NCBI GenBank assembly: GCA_963847445.1
Contig: CAWJZV010000025.1
Span: forward strand, 96,001-160,000
DNA length: 64,000 bases
Origin: an uncultured delta proteobacterium
GTDB taxonomy: Bacteria > Desulfobacterota > Binatia > UBA9968
Direction of reading: 5' to 3'
Position 1 is the first letter of the stretch. Each line of letters begins with the position of its first letter. The notes below the pieces were generated by a model, which saw only the letters and a list, made by a program, of their open reading frames with translations, did no database searches and was not told where the DNA came from. Positions 1 to 12,445 of the stretch are shown here, one piece after another. A program made the translations under genes and the position numbers.

Positions 1-484
<484 letters not shown>

Positions 485-489
485 GGTCC

Positions 490-723
490 TTAGTGCGAAT
501 TCATGCTCGTATAGTGGCTTTCAGTGTCTTGGAGCCTAGACGCTGCCGGCTCACTCCAGGGTACATTTGGGTCGTTCATTTCTTTTCTGCCTTTGCTCGC
601 CGTCATCTTAAACGCATCTGCGTTAGAATCGCTGATAATCTCGATTATCGTCGAGCTCTCGCTGTCGCCGTGGATTGCCTGCACCCGTCGGGTTCGACGG
701 TGCACGCGCCGAGGATGTTTCAT
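490..723 (-). CDS. Hypothetical 77-aa protein inside che operon
   Basis: ATGA overlap with upstream MCP stop codon; its stop abuts the cheR RBS/start; no recognisable motif. Confidence 0.4.
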   Translation of the reverse strand: MKHPRRVHRRTRRVQAIHGDSESSTIIEIISDSNADAFKMTASKGRKEMNDPNVPWSEPAASRLQDTESHYTSMNSH

Positions 724-2202
724 CTGGCGGCCGTAATGCGGGTGTGTTTGGACTGGGCGGTGGCGGGCTGCGCCGATCTGTCCGTGCCAAGGTCCTCAGG
801 GTAGATCCGAAACGAGCTCACCAACTTCTGTAGCTCTTGCGCTTGGGTCGCGAGTTCTCCGGCTGTGCTCGTCAGTTCTTCAGCTGCCGCCGCGTTGGTT
901 TGGGTGACTCGGTCCACCTGATTCATCGCCTGATTGACTTGATAGACACCCGTGCCTTGCTCGCGCGACGCCGTTGTCACTTCTTGGACCAACTCCACTG
1001 TCTTCCGAATGGTCGGAACGAGATTCTTCAACAATATCCCGGAACGTTCCGCGACTTTGAGACTGGAAGTCGTTAACGAGCTGATTTCTTGAGCCGCAGT
1101 TTGGCTCCGTTCGGCCAGTTTCCTGACCTCGGTGGCAACCACGGCAAATCCTTTGCCATGTTCGCCGGCGCGGGCCGCCTCAATCGCGGCGTTGAGCGCG
1201 AGCAGATTGGTTTGGTAGGCGATCTCTTCAACGATGGTAATTTTCTCGGCGATGGTATTCATCGCGTCGAGTGACTCCGCCACCGCCTTGCCGGATTCTT
1301 CCACCTGCTTCGCACCGGCGAGCAGCCATCTGTTCCATTTGCCGACTGTTGTCCACGTTTTGACCGATCGAGGCGTTGATTTGCTGCAGACTCGAAGTCG
1401 TTTCCTCAACCGAGGCGGCTTGCTCGTTGGTGCCCTGTGAGAGCACCTCCGCCGCCGATGAGAGTTGATTGGATGCCAGCGCAACTGTGTCCGCCGACAT
1501 GCGGACCTGGGCAATGACGAGAGTGAGCTTATCGACAAACTGATTGAACGAACGCGCGACATCGCCGATTTCGTTGTCGGCGCTATTATAGTCGATGCGC
1601 TTGGTCAAATCGCCGTCGCCTTGGGCGATCTCTTTAAGGCGAGCGGCGACCAGTGACAGCGGCCGGGAAATCTCCCGACGCATCAAAATGGTCAACACGA
1701 TAAAAAGGAAAGCTAGACCAACCGCTTCGCGCAAGATGATGCTCCACCAGCCGCGATTGAGCAATCGTTCAACCGACGCTGTCGAAATCCATATGGTAAC
1801 TGAGCCGACAGCTTCCGTGGTATTGAAAAACACCGGGCGGGTGACGGCTAGCGTTGCCGTCAGGTCCTTTTTCTCCCCACGAAATGTGTTGATCTTTCCA
1901 GAGCTGTCTTTAACCTCGATGTACTTAATAGCCGGATCGTTGCCGAAGGCTGCAACCGTCCCGTTGATTTTGTACTGATTGAACGTGAACATCGAGCTGG
2001 CGATGTTGTTAGCTAAAAGTTCGGCGGTGCGCTCGGCCTGTTTTTCTATTTCCGCCAGCAGCGTCCGGCGCTCGCTGTAACTGGTCACGATCGTCGAAAT
2101 GATGCCGACTACCAGTAAGGCCATGCCGGTTACCAGGCTGAAACGAAAAACCAAACTATTCGTGCGCCGTTCGCGAATCTGATTGAAGTTGAAAACCTTC
2201 AT
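720..2202 (-). CDS. Methyl-accepting chemotaxis protein (2 TM, small periplasmic domain, HAMP; frameshifted near 1300)
   Basis: ORFs 1228..2202 and 720..1562 join; [40 protein letters not shown] signalling hairpin; [20 protein letters not shown]. Confidence 0.93.
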
Positions 2203-2242
2203 AGAGTTGTCTTATTACCGACTTGATGGTCACCTGCGCTTT

Positions 2243-3496
2243 TTATAATTCAGTGCCCCACTGGGAACGTTTGAAACGTGGTCCTCGGGTCACGCTATTT
2301 GGTTCGCCGTGCACCGAAGGCTGGCGGTCACGGCGGGATGGGCCTTGACCGGCACGGCTACCCTCCGGCTCGCCGTCATGGGTCTGAGAAGCGGTGTTGG
2401 TCGGAGTTGAGCCCACGCTGGAGCGCGTTTCGGACTTGCTTTCTCTAAATACGCTCATGAGCAGTTGTACGTTCTCGGCGTGGGCAGCGGTTTGATCGGC
2501 GGTATTTGCGAGCTCTTCCGCCTGCGCCGCGTTGCGTTGGGTCACTTTGTCGACTTGCATCATAGCTCTGTTGACTTGGGCTACACCGCTGGCCTGTTCT
2601 CTCGATGCCGTGGCGACCTCTTGCACCAACTCCGCGGTCTTGCGGATCGACGCTACCAACTCTTTCAAGGCTTTTCCCGAACGTTCCGCAACGCTGACGC
2701 TCGAAGAGGTAAGTGAGCTGATGTCACGCGCCGCGATCTGGCTTCTTTCGGCCAATTTTCTGACTTCGCTGGCGACCACAGCGAAGCCTTTGCCATGTTC
2801 GCCGGCGCGCGCCGCTTCGATGGCGGCGTTCAAAGCCAGGAGGTTGGTCTGATAGGCGATCTCCTCGACGATGGTGATTTTCTCGGCGATAGTTTTCATC
2901 GCGTGCACCGATTCACCGACGACCTGGCTGCAGTGCGCCAGCTCTTGCGCACCATCCAGCGCCATTTGTTCCATCTGGCGGGAGTTAGCCGCGTTCTGGT
3001 TGATCGAAGCGTTGATTTCCTCCAGGCTCGCGGTGGTTTCTTGCACCGCGGCGGCGTGCTCGCTGGCGGTCTGCGTCAGGCTCTGTGCGGAGGCGGCGAT
3101 TTCGTTGGAAGCTTTGGATAAAGCGTCGGCGGTGCCGATCACCCATTCGATCGATTCGTGGAGATTATCGGTAAAACTATTGTAAGCGCGCGCGACGTCG
3201 CCGAGCTCGTCGCCCCGGTCGGTCGCTTTAACCCATCTGAGTAAACCCGATTGGCCGTGATTGTGATTGTTAAAACGGTCGGCGAAATCTAGCAGCGGCC
3301 GGGCGATGCTGGCCGCCAAATACCTGGCTGTCAGGCAATTTAGCATAACCAATGCCGCCCCAGAGCCGAGGATGACTTCGATACTCGCGCCTTGCGCAGC
3401 CAAAGTGCCACAGAAGGCATAGCCAAGCGTGAAAAAAACGCAAACCAAGTAAAACTTTTTTCTGATTGAGAGCTGTCTTTGTAAATGGCGTAACAT
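2243..3496 (-). CDS. Methyl-accepting chemotaxis protein (2 TM with almost no periplasmic loop, HAMP)
   Basis: Intact ORF; MCP signalling-domain consensus; DELGDVA HAMP motif. Confidence 0.95.
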   Translation of the reverse strand: MLRHLQRQLSIRKKFYLVCVFFTLGYAFCGTLAAQGASIEVILGSGAALVMLNCLTARYLAASIARPLLDFADRFNNHNHGQSGLLRWVKATDRGDELGDVARAYNSFTDNLHESIEWVIGTADALSKASNEIAASAQSLTQTASEHAAAVQETTASLEEINASINQNAANSRQMEQMALDGAQELAHCSQVVGESVHAMKTIAEKITIVEEIAYQTNLLALNAAIEAARAGEHGKGFAVVASEVRKLAERSQIAARDISSLTSSSVSVAERSGKALKELVASIRKTAELVQEVATASREQASGVAQVNRAMMQVDKVTQRNAAQAEELANTADQTAAHAENVQLLMSVFRESKSETRSSVGSTPTNTASQTHDGEPEGSRAGQGPSRRDRQPSVHGEPNSVTRGPRFKRSQWGTEL

Positions 3497-3583
3497 AGCG
3501 ACTACCCTCTCACGGTATCGGAATGTTTGATTTCCACGCCGTTGGCGCGTAATTCGGTTGTCCAGGCGGACGGCTTAAATGAA

Positions 3584-5202
3584 CTATCGCCAGCGCCGGG
3601 TACTTGCTCCCCATTGGCTTTTTGCCGTGGCGCCCCGGGTTGCCGTGTCGCCGAGCCAGGATTGTCTCTCAATCGCGTATGGCAGAGGATTACGCTGCAA
3701 TTTTTTTCCGGCATGGGCCGTGTCGATTCGGAACGCTGTCAAGAGTTGTTGCAGGCTCTTTGCCTGATCGGCCATTTGCTCGGCGGTGCTGGAGAGTTGT
3801 TCGGCGGCTGCGGCGTTTCTCTGGGTGACCTGATCCATGTGAGTCATGGCTTTGTTGACTTGGGAAACGCCGACGGACTGTTCTCTGGAGGCGGTGGCGA
3901 CTTCCTGGACCAGCTCGGCGGTTTTTCGGATCGACGGGACCAAATCTTTGAGCACCGTTCCCGAGCGTTCGGCGATTCGCACGCTGCGAAGTGGTGAGCG
4001 AGCCGATCTCCTGGGCGGCTTGCTGACTTCGTTCGGCGAGCTTTCTCACTTCGGTGGCGACCACGGCGAATCCTTTGCCATGTTCGCCGGCGCGCGCCGC
4101 TTCGATGGCGGCGTTCAAAGCGAGGAGGTTGGTCTGGTAAGCGATTTCCTCGACGATGGTAATTTTCTCGGCGATGGAATTCATCGCATCGACCGCTTCG
4201 GAGACGGTTTTGCCACTCTGTTCCACTTCACCGGCGCCCTTGAGTGCCATTTGTTCCATCTGTTTACTGTTGTCGGCGTTCTGCGCGATCGACGCATTCA
4301 TCTGCTCGAGACTAGCGCAGGATTCCTCGACAGAAGCGGCTTGTTCGCTGGTGCCCTGAGAGAGCATTTGCGCCGAGGTACGCAACCTGCGTCGACGCGG
4401 CGGAGATACCATCCGCGGCCGACTTAATCGACTGCACCATTTCACGCAGCTGGGCGACCATGTCGCCACAAGCCAATTGCATCTTGCCAATCTCATCCTC
4501 GCCCTGCACCGTGACGGTCTGACTGAGATCGCCTTTAGAAACAGTTTGGGCGAGAGACACCAGATTGTAGATCGGTCCTGAGATCCACTTTTGAACAATA
4601 AAGAAAACTCCGATTGCGGAAAGCGCCAGCGATACCAACGCCAGGACGACAAAAAGCCCGGTCATTCTTTGCTGCGCCCGGTGCACGGCTTCCGCTCGAT
4701 AAACCAGCGCGACGTACACCGTCCCTTTCTCGTGAATGATCGGATGAAGAATATGGTAGTTGCCGCCAAGTGCCAGTGTGAGGACAGTTTTGGGGTGGTG
4801 CCCTAAACGACTCGGGATGACGCCGTGATTTGCCTGCTTTTGTTCTTCTTTGGCGTCGCGCTGAAGTACCAACTTGCCGGTTTGATCGTACACAGCGATA
4901 TGGGCGATCTCGGAGTTCGCTTTCAGCAATGCCACGACATCGCCTTGCAAAACGATAAAAACGTTCGGGTTATATCCAACTTGCGACAACACGTCTTTGA
5001 CGCGGACTATCAACGGCTGACCGATGACCGCCGAGCGTGCTTCCAGCCATTGGAGATATTCCGTTGTGAAAAACGAAATATTGATCCACGCGCCGGCTCC
5101 TAGTACCACAACTAAAAGTGCGGCAATCGCCAAAGCGACCTTAGCCTTTAGACTATTCTTTATGTGCCGCGTGATCTTTGCTGAGGCCATGAACTGGCTC
5201 AT
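3584..5202 (-). CDS. Methyl-accepting chemotaxis protein (periplasmic sensor, HAMP; 2 frameshifts)
   Basis: ORFs 4312..5202, 3690..4652 and 3584..3982 join; TM helices, GDLSQTV..DEIG HAMP, MCP hairpin consensus. Confidence 0.92.
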
Positions 5203-5287
5203 ACGCGGTACTCCTGCCGGATCATGTGCAACATTCCCTGTTTATGGATGTTTTCCCCTGTCAGCCAACTCGTTGCCTAGGGTCATC

Positions 5288-5807
5288 TTATAAGCCTGCT
5301 TCCGCAGTTGACTCCCGAGCATTGAGACCCGCCGTTACCGGCGCGAGATCGTCGGCGCCTAGGACTTTGTCGATGTCCAGGACCAAGACGAACTTATCGC
5401 CCGATTTCCCCATGCCGCGCAAAAAATCGACGCGTACCTGGGTGCCGAACGCCGGCGCCGGTAAGATGCTGTCGCCGGCCATGCTGATCACTTGGCTGAC
5501 TGAGTCGGCGACGACCCCCATGACCGTCTGCGGTGTCGTTGATATTCGCCTCGACGATAACGATGCAGGTGCGATCGGTTACCGGACTCGCGGCCAAGCC
5601 AAATTTCACGCCGAGGTCGACCACCGGAACCACATTGCCACGCAAATTAATCACGCCGCGGATCGACGCCGGGGTGTGCGGCACCTTAGTCAAAGTTCCA
5701 TAGGTGATGATTTCTTTGACTTGGAGGATGCCCACCGCATATTCCTCGCCGGCCAAATGAAAGGTCAGATATTGGGTCTGGTCGAAGCAAACTTCTTTGT
5801 CATTCAT
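5288..5807 (-). CDS. cheW: Chemotaxis coupling protein CheW (frameshifted)
   Basis: QYLTFHLAGEEYAV..IRGVINLRGNVVPVVDL..MGVVADSVSQV..FVLVLDIDKVL. Confidence 0.95.
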
Positions 5808-5822
5808 ATCAATGGACCTCGC

Positions 5823-7541
5823 CTAAAGGTATTGCGCTGCATTGGCGTTAATTGAGGTGCCTTCGCTGCCGCGGATCGAAGCTCCGCCGCGGGTGCTGAG
5901 GTTTCCCTGGAAACGGATCACCTCGCGCATCAGGGCGGCGACATCGAGGATCAGTGCGACTCTGCCGTTGCCGAGGATCGCCGACCCGGAGATACCCGGA
6001 AGATCTCTAAACTGGTCGCCGAGGGATTTGATCACGGTTTGGCGCGCACCCTGGAGCGAATCCACGGCCAAACCGGTTTTGGCTCCGTCGAGTTCGATGA
6101 CGACGATGTTTTCGCGATGCGGACGGGGGCTGGTGAGTTCAAACCAGTTGCGTAAACGGACGTAGGGAAGTGGTTCGCCGCGCAGATTGATAACGCCTTG
6201 AGCGCGATCATGAGATCGTTCGCTAACCGGCATCTCGATGCACTCGCTAACGGCATGCATCGGCAGGACATAGGTATCCTCGCCGATGCCGACGCCAAAG
6301 CCTTCGATGATCGCCAGGGTCAATGGCAAACGGATGGTGACGGTGCTGCCATTACCCCACTCGCTGTCGATGCCCACTGAGCCGCGCAGGGCTTCGATAT
6401 TACGCCGCACCACGTCCATGCCGACGCCGCGCCCAGACATGTCGGTCACCGCTTCCGCGGTGGAAAAGCCGGGTTCGAAAATCAGACGATAAAGTTCTTG
6501 ATCGACGAGTTTTTCCGGCTCTCCCATCGTACCCATGATCTTCGCTCGTTCGATGATTTTGTTGCGGTTCAGTCCGGCACCATCGTCGCTCACTTGGATA
6601 ACGATGTTGGCGCCTTCGTGAAAGGCCTTAAGCGAAATCGTGCCGCAGGGATCCTTGCCGCGCGCTTTTCTAACCTCAGGCGGCTCGATCCCATGATCGA
6701 TGGCGTTGCGGATCATATGCGTTAGCGGGTCTTTGAGATGTTCGATGACGCTGACATCGACCTCGACGGCTTCGCCGACCAAATTGAGCAGGGCGGTCTT
6801 GCCGTGATCTTGAGCGACGTCGCGGACCGTGCGGTTGTATTGGCGAAAGGTCGGGCCCACGGGCACCATGCGCACCTTCATGATAGTCTCCTGAAGATCG
6901 AGGGAGAGCCGTTCGACTTGGTTCTGGGCTTCAAGCACTTCACTTGTTTCGCTGGCGGATTGATCGATTGCTTGGTGCAGCCGGCCTTGGGCGATGGCGA
7001 TTTCGCCGGCCAAATTGAGCATGCGGTCGAGCTTTTGGGTATCGACGCGAATCGTGCCGGCGCGCTCCATCCACGCGGTGGCGTCGGCTTGGCGCCGTCC
7101 GAAAGGGCGACGCGATGCGGCGGCGGCCTGCGAATTCCGCGCGTCGGCGAGGTCGTCCGCATTGCCGCTAGCCAATTGGTGCAGCAGCTCGACATGGTGG
7201 GTTTGCAGTTCATCGGCGCCGGCGATCGCTTCGGGCACCATCTGGCGCATTGCGTCGAGGGAGCGGAGTAAGAGGGTAATGCGCTCTCGGGTAACCGGTA
7301 ACGCGTGATTGCGAAAGCGCTGGAGCATTTCTTCGAAGCCATGAGCGAAGGCGGCGACTTTGGGATAACCCAGACTTGCCGAGTTGCCTTTGAGGGTATG
7401 CGCACCGCGAAAAATCGCTTCCAGCAGTTTGTCGTCATCCGGGTTGGCTTCCAGAGCGACGAGGGCTTCTTCCATTTTCGCAAAATGCTCGTCGCACTCG
7501 GCCAAGTAGGTTTGTAGGATCGCTTCGAGATCTAATTCCAT
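5823..7541 (-). CDS. cheA: Chemotaxis histidine kinase CheA (no P2 domain)
   Basis: P1 FRGAHTLKG; P3 TIRVDTQKLDRMLNLAGE; P4 HMIRNAIDHGIE, DDGAG, FEPGFSTA, SGRGVGMDVV; P5 CheW-like domain. Confidence 0.97.
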   Translation of the reverse strand: MELDLEAILQTYLAECDEHFAKMEEALVALEANPDDDKLLEAIFRGAHTLKGNSASLGYPKVAAFAHGFEEMLQRFRNHALPVTRERITLLLRSLDAMRQMVPEAIAGADELQTHHVELLHQLASGNADDLADARNSQAAAASRRPFGRRQADATAWMERAGTIRVDTQKLDRMLNLAGEIAIAQGRLHQAIDQSASETSEVLEAQNQVERLSLDLQETIMKVRMVPVGPTFRQYNRTVRDVAQDHGKTALLNLVGEAVEVDVSVIEHLKDPLTHMIRNAIDHGIEPPEVRKARGKDPCGTISLKAFHEGANIVIQVSDDGAGLNRNKIIERAKIMGTMGEPEKLVDQELYRLIFEPGFSTAEAVTDMSGRGVGMDVVRRNIEALRGSVGIDSEWGNGSTVTIRLPLTLAIIEGFGVGIGEDTYVLPMHAVSECIEMPVSERSHDRAQGVINLRGEPLPYVRLRNWFELTSPRPHRENIVVIELDGAKTGLAVDSLQGARQTVIKSLGDQFRDLPGISGSAILGNGRVALILDVAALMREVIRFQGNLSTRGGASIRGSEGTSINANAAQYL

Positions 7542-7548
7542 AATCGTT

Positions 7549-8079
7549 CTACAGAGGTTTGACCCAGGCCGTGCCGTCGTCGGTGTGGAAGATCACCTTG
7601 CGGCCGCGCTGGCCGCCGACATCGTGACCCACCAGCGGGATCGCCTCGGACTCCAGCAGGTCGCGGGCGACCTCGATGTTTTTCGTTCCGAGACGATGTT
7701 CGCGGTTGCGAAAGGCCTCGAGCACACACGCGCCGCCGAACATCTTGGCCAAGAGATTATGTTTTTGGCAGCCCAACTGGGCCAGCTGGTCGAGCAGCGC
7801 GCCAATGGCGATGTTGCCGAAGCGCGGCGATGCGATGCCTTCGCCGCTGAAGCTCGGTAACAAAAAGTGGTTGATGCCGCCGATCTGGGTGACCGGGTCC
7901 CATAGGCAAACCGCGACGCAGGAACCAAGTATGGTGGTTACCGCGTAGCGGTCGGCGGAGACAAACAGCTGGCCTGGGTGCAGATAGGCGGTTGCACGTT
8001 CGGTTGCCTGCTTCGGTGGCGACAATGGCCCTCGGGCGCTGTGAGGTTGCGCTGATGGATTGGCCATGAACTTATTCAA
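7549..8079 (-). CDS. cheD: Chemoreceptor glutamine deamidase CheD
   Basis: TTILGSCVAVCLWDP..GGINHFLLP..AKMFGGA..DVGGQRGRKV. Confidence 0.96.
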   Translation of the reverse strand: MNKFMANPSAQPHSARGPLSPPKQATERATAYLHPGQLFVSADRYAVTTILGSCVAVCLWDPVTQIGGINHFLLPSFSGEGIASPRFGNIAIGALLDQLAQLGCQKHNLLAKMFGGACVLEAFRNREHRLGTKNIEVARDLLESEAIPLVGHDVGGQRGRKVIFHTDDGTAWVKPL

Positions 8080-8448
8080 TCGCCGAGGAGATCGTGCACC
8101 TTGGCGATCAGTTCCATGCTGTCGATGGGCTTGACGATATAGTCGCTACAACCGCTGGCGTAGCCGGTCTCGATACTGTCGGCTTCGGCTTGAGTGGTGA
8201 CCATGACGATTGGCACGGAACTAGTCCGTTGGTTACGGCGCAGCTCGCGCAGACGCTTCAAAGCCGCCCATCCTCGGCATGACGACGTCCAACAGAATCA
8301 GATCTGGATTGGTTTCGAGCGCACGCGCGACGCCCTCAACGCCATCGCGCGCAATCACTAACTCATAGGGCTCGTTAGCGAGAATCATTTGTTCCATCTG
8401 CAGGATGGTTTCCGAGTCATCGACGATTAATATTTTTCGCGCTGCCAT
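8076..8448 (-). CDS. Single-domain response regulator (CheY-like; frameshifted)
   Basis: KILIVDDS..DLILLDVVMP..PIVMVTT..DYIVKP across ORFs 8233..8535 and 8076..8261. Confidence 0.9.
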
Positions 8449-8550
8449 GGCTTTTGCGCCTTTCGTTTTTGCCGGGAATTTTAGCCGTCCGGCTACAGTT
8501 GAACTGGTCCCCATCGGCACTCGTAAACGTCCCAAGAGGTGAAAGTTGCG

Positions 8551-8566
8551 AGCAAGATGGTTGCCA
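8551..8566 (-). promoter_or_regulatory. sigma54 -24/-12 promoter of che operon
   Basis: Minus strand TGGCAACCATCTTGCT (GG-N10-GC), ~100 bp upstream of the first che gene. Confidence 0.75.
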
Positions 8567-8828
8567 GTCGCGAAACTATTAGAAAGAAAGGAAAACTTCG
8601 GAGCAATTCAACGAATTTTGCTGCCGTTGGGGCACAACTCTGTACAGGAGTGAACAGATGGCGTAGGCGATCGCTCAATCAACTCGACAGCTTCGAAATC
8701 GTCGCGCTTTTCCATCGGTGGCTGGTTTCGGTGCCAAAACGGCCAATTACGGCCAAACGCACTTTGAGTGGTGTGGCAGGATTACGCCATCCTTTGGTTT
8801 TGTTGGGGTTTAGACCGCGTCGAGGGGA

Positions 8829-8844
8829 TGGCATGTATTTGGCT
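8829..8844 (+). promoter_or_regulatory. sigma54 -24/-12 promoter of coiled-coil/KaiC-like pair
   Basis: TGGCATGTATTTGGCT (GG-N10-GC), 76 bp upstream of ORF 8920. Confidence 0.6.
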
Positions 8845-8919
8845 TTGTGAAGGCCGAAGACATTTTTCAATCGAGGTAGAACTGCGCCCGGCAATGGCGA
8901 AGGGCGAGGAGCGAGATTC

Positions 8920-10693
8920 GTGGCGAACGAGAAAAACGATCAACCGTTCGGTGGCCAAACGATCGGCCCCGCCAACGGCAAAGACGTGTTGTATGGTTGG
9001 CTGGTCGGCCGCGCCGCTGCCGATCTTGGGTTAGCGCAAGCGATCGCCTCTAGCGAAGCGCAACGGGTTGAACAGATCCGGCGCCTAGAAGAAGCGCTGC
9101 TCGGGCAAATGCGCGAGCTGCAAAACAGCCAAGCCGCCGCCGGGTCAGCTAGCGACAGCGCTGATGTCGACCTGCTACAAGATCAAGTCCAGCAATTTAT
9201 CGAACGGCAAAATGGGCTGGAAGCACAACAACTGACGAGCAGCCGGATCGAAAGCGAGCTAGCGGCTAAAATTCGCGAGTTGGAAGCTTTTATCGAGCAG
9301 CCGCCAACGGCCATTGCCAACCCCGAAGTCTGCGCGTTGCGTGCGCAGGTGGCTGAGCTGGTGGAACGCATCACCGATGCCGAGGCGGCCGCAAGCCGCG
9401 GACCTATACCAGTCGATACGCGGTTGGCGCAAGAGCAAATTGCGCTAGCCGTGCGCGAACAGACCGAAGCGCTGGAAAGCTCTTGGCAAAAAAAGCTCGA
9501 TGGCCTGCAACAGGAAATCCGCGAAAAAGCGGCGTTGCTGCGCCTGCGCGATGGCGAGCTGACCGATGTGCGGGTGCAACTCGCCGGCGTGACGAAACGG
9601 CTTGATTATGTGGCGGCAACGCCACCGTCGGAAGTCAGTGCGAGCGAACGGGAAGCGGAGCGGGCGCTGTGGCAGCGCGACTTTGACGAGCGCTTGACCG
9701 CCCGGTTGCGCGAGTTGGGCGACGAAATTCGCGACAAGCTCCATGGCGTCACCAGCGCCAAGGTCGATCAAGAACAATTTCGCGGCGAGACCCTGGCATT
9801 GACGGCGCGTATCGCTCAGCTGGAACAGTCCCATCAAAATGCCAGCGCCGGCGCGGCCTCTGAAGCACGCGACGCTTATCAAGCCACGGTGGCTTTGCGC
9901 GAGGAGATCGCCGCATTGAAATCCACATTGCTCGAACAGCAAGGCGCACTGCCCAACGAGGCCCTGGTGCGTAGCGTCGAAGCGATGCTACGCGAGCAAA
10001 TTCACGAAGTGCATAAGCAGATCGCGCAGCACCAGCGCGGGACCATTGAATCGGAAAACCAATTCCAAGAATTGCGCGGTGATATCCAGACGCTGATACA
10101 GCGCCAAGTCCAAGCGGAGACCTTTGCCCAGCAGACTCATGCGCTGGTGACGCAAGAGACCGCGCAGATTCGCGGCGCTGTCAAAGCCGACATGGCGGCG
10201 CTCGAAGCGCAATTGAACGAACGGCGCGCGCGCGATGCCGCGCTTTCCGGTGTGGAAGAGACCGTGAATGTGCGCCTGCGCGAGCTGCACAATCAGGTGG
10301 CCCAGGGCATGTTGGCGCTCGACCGACGCGACGGTGAGTTGCGCGAACTCAAAACTCAGCTACAAACTCTCGCTCAACGGGTCGGCGATAATGGTTTGCC
10401 GCCGCCGCTGGCGTCAGTGAGCCGCCCCGATGGATTGACCGAGGGCGGCGCGGCGGCGCCGTTAGGCGAGTTCGCTGCCAGTGCTGCCACCGGTCGAACT
10501 GCGCACGGTGGTAACTTCGGGGAGCATGGATAGCGGGGCTAATTTGCTTCAGCCGGCGCTGTCCGGCGACGGCCTCATGACCGATCCGGTCAAAGTGCCG
10601 GCCATCGATTTACATGACCGCTTGTCCGCGGAGATCGAGCGCAAACGCGCCGAGCTGCGCGAAAAGAGCGGCCGCTGGAAAGTGCGGCAGTAG
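8920..10693 (+). CDS. Long coiled-coil protein (probably ~590 aa; frameshift near 10480)
   Basis: E/Q/L/A/R-rich heptads across 8920..10533; ORF 10481..10693 continues in shifted frame. Confidence 0.75.
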
Positions 10694-10808
10694 CCGCCGG
10701 CCCAGGCGTGGCGACCGGCGAGCGCCGGTTCGACTTTCACGCGAGAAGGAAAATCGCCGGCGCCGCAGCAGATAAATTTACTGCAACCGTCCGAAAGAAT
10801 GATGGGTC

Positions 10809-11525
10809 ATGGTCAACGGGAATAGGGTGCCCACCGGAATCGTCGAACTCGATGCGCTGATCGAAGGCGGTTTGCGGGCCGGTAAAACTTATCTCGTCGT
10901 CGGCGAGCCGGGCACGGGCAAGTCGGTTTTCGGTTTGCAGTTTCTCGTCAACGGTTTGATGGAAAAAGAGAAAGGACTCTACGTCGCCATTGACGAAAAG
11001 CCCGCCGACGTGCTCGAACAGGCGGCGTCCTTGGGCTGGGACCTGGCGCCGTTTATCGAGTCCAAGGAGTTCGTCATTCTCGATGCTTCGGCATACTTTA
11101 GCAGCAGCAGCGACACGCAGAAGAAAATCGACGTGCAACGCGTCGTCACCGATCTTAACGCATACATCGCGCGCATGGGCGCCACCCGCGTGGTGATCGA
11201 TCCGGTGGGACCGCTTTTGTTCAACCGCGAAGCGACCTCGCGGGCGCCGGATCAGGCGCGCACGCTGTTCTACGGCCTCCAGGCCAACGGCAATACCACC
11301 AATCTCCTAACCACCTATTCCGTCGAACGCAATGTCCGCGGTCTCGAGGAGTATCTCGTCGCCGGCACCATCGTTCTAGAAATGGAGTTGGCCAAGAGCC
11401 GCTTCGTGCGCACCTTGACCATTGAAAAAATGCGCAGCACGGCGCTGGAGCCGGCACAGTATTTATTCAAAATCGTTGCCGACCGCGGCATTGTCCTACA
11501 AGGATTGAGCAACGCCGCCGGCTGA
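10809..11525 (+). CDS. Single-domain KaiC/RAD55-family ATPase
   Basis: PTGIVELDALIEGG, Walker A GEPGTGKS, IDE, Walker B VVIDP, R-finger IEKMRST. Confidence 0.93.
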   Translation: MVNGNRVPTGIVELDALIEGGLRAGKTYLVVGEPGTGKSVFGLQFLVNGLMEKEKGLYVAIDEKPADVLEQAASLGWDLAPFIESKEFVILDASAYFSSSSDTQKKIDVQRVVTDLNAYIARMGATRVVIDPVGPLLFNREATSRAPDQARTLFYGLQANGNTTNLLTTYSVERNVRGLEEYLVAGTIVLEMELAKSRFVRTLTIEKMRSTALEPAQYLFKIVADRGIVLQGLSNAAG

Positions 11526-12445
11526 CCAGGTTGCCGCGGCCGGATTGCCTGTCATAGAGAGAGCCATGAAATTCCGTTCCTGGCTGATTGCCCATGGGTT
11601 GCATTTCCGACATTTCCTGCCGCCGCTGATCGGCGCCGCTACGTTGTCTCCTACGTCTTGCACTCACCTGCATCTGCAATTGGACGTTGGCGAAACGCCA
11701 CTCGCCTAAGCGCTGCAGGGCTTGCAGCTAAGCTACTTCATTGATCGAGACGCGCCGGTTCAAGGTTCAACAAGCAGGCAGACTCCGGTGTTTGCCATTT
11801 AATTAATTCATCTGTGCGTAGCGACTCGAAGGTGAACCAGCCGCACAGGCTAGTTGCGGTCAAAGATAATTCTCAGACGCATAAACCAGACATGAAAGCG
11901 CCATCGTCCGGCGCCGTCATTTGCGCTTCAATCTAGAGTTCGGCGAAGCCATCGGTGCTCTAAACGTCGCTCGCCAATGTGCGCGCCATGGTGACCGACC
12001 ATTGATTCGGTATATTTCCGATTCAAAGCTAAGGCGCTCGCTACTTTTTCCGGTGATTTTTGAGCTTATCCATCGGACTATTTTCTGATCGAAGGATTGT
12101 CGACAATTGCAATCAAACTTAACAACGGGGAACTCTTCACAAGTGGCATCGGTGTTTTTTTCGATGGCCGCGTCCTTGGGTCGCGGTACCCGATGCATTT
12201 ATGCCGGTAGTTACCGAATCGATCCTAGAGGAAGGGCTTATGCGACGGTTACGATCGCTCATTGTTGTCAATCTCGGGAGACGTTTTTTAGAAACAACCG
12301 AAAACCCACTCCACGTGCGGGCCGCGCGCAAATCTGCCTGCCTAACCCTCGGGTAGTTGATAAGGATGGTTAGGAAGCGGCCTCTCACCGGAACGATAGA
12401 ATGCCCTGCCACAGTGGCGTTCCCAGCCATCGATGACCAGCCGTC

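Noticed and set aside
8567-8828. 31-bp UAS pair in the che/KaiC intergenic region and at 50880-50940
   Set aside because: Only weak half-sites found; not counted in the regulon motif set
10809-11525. Circadian clock kaiC
   Set aside because: Single domain, no Ser/Thr phosphosites, no kaiA/kaiB in window
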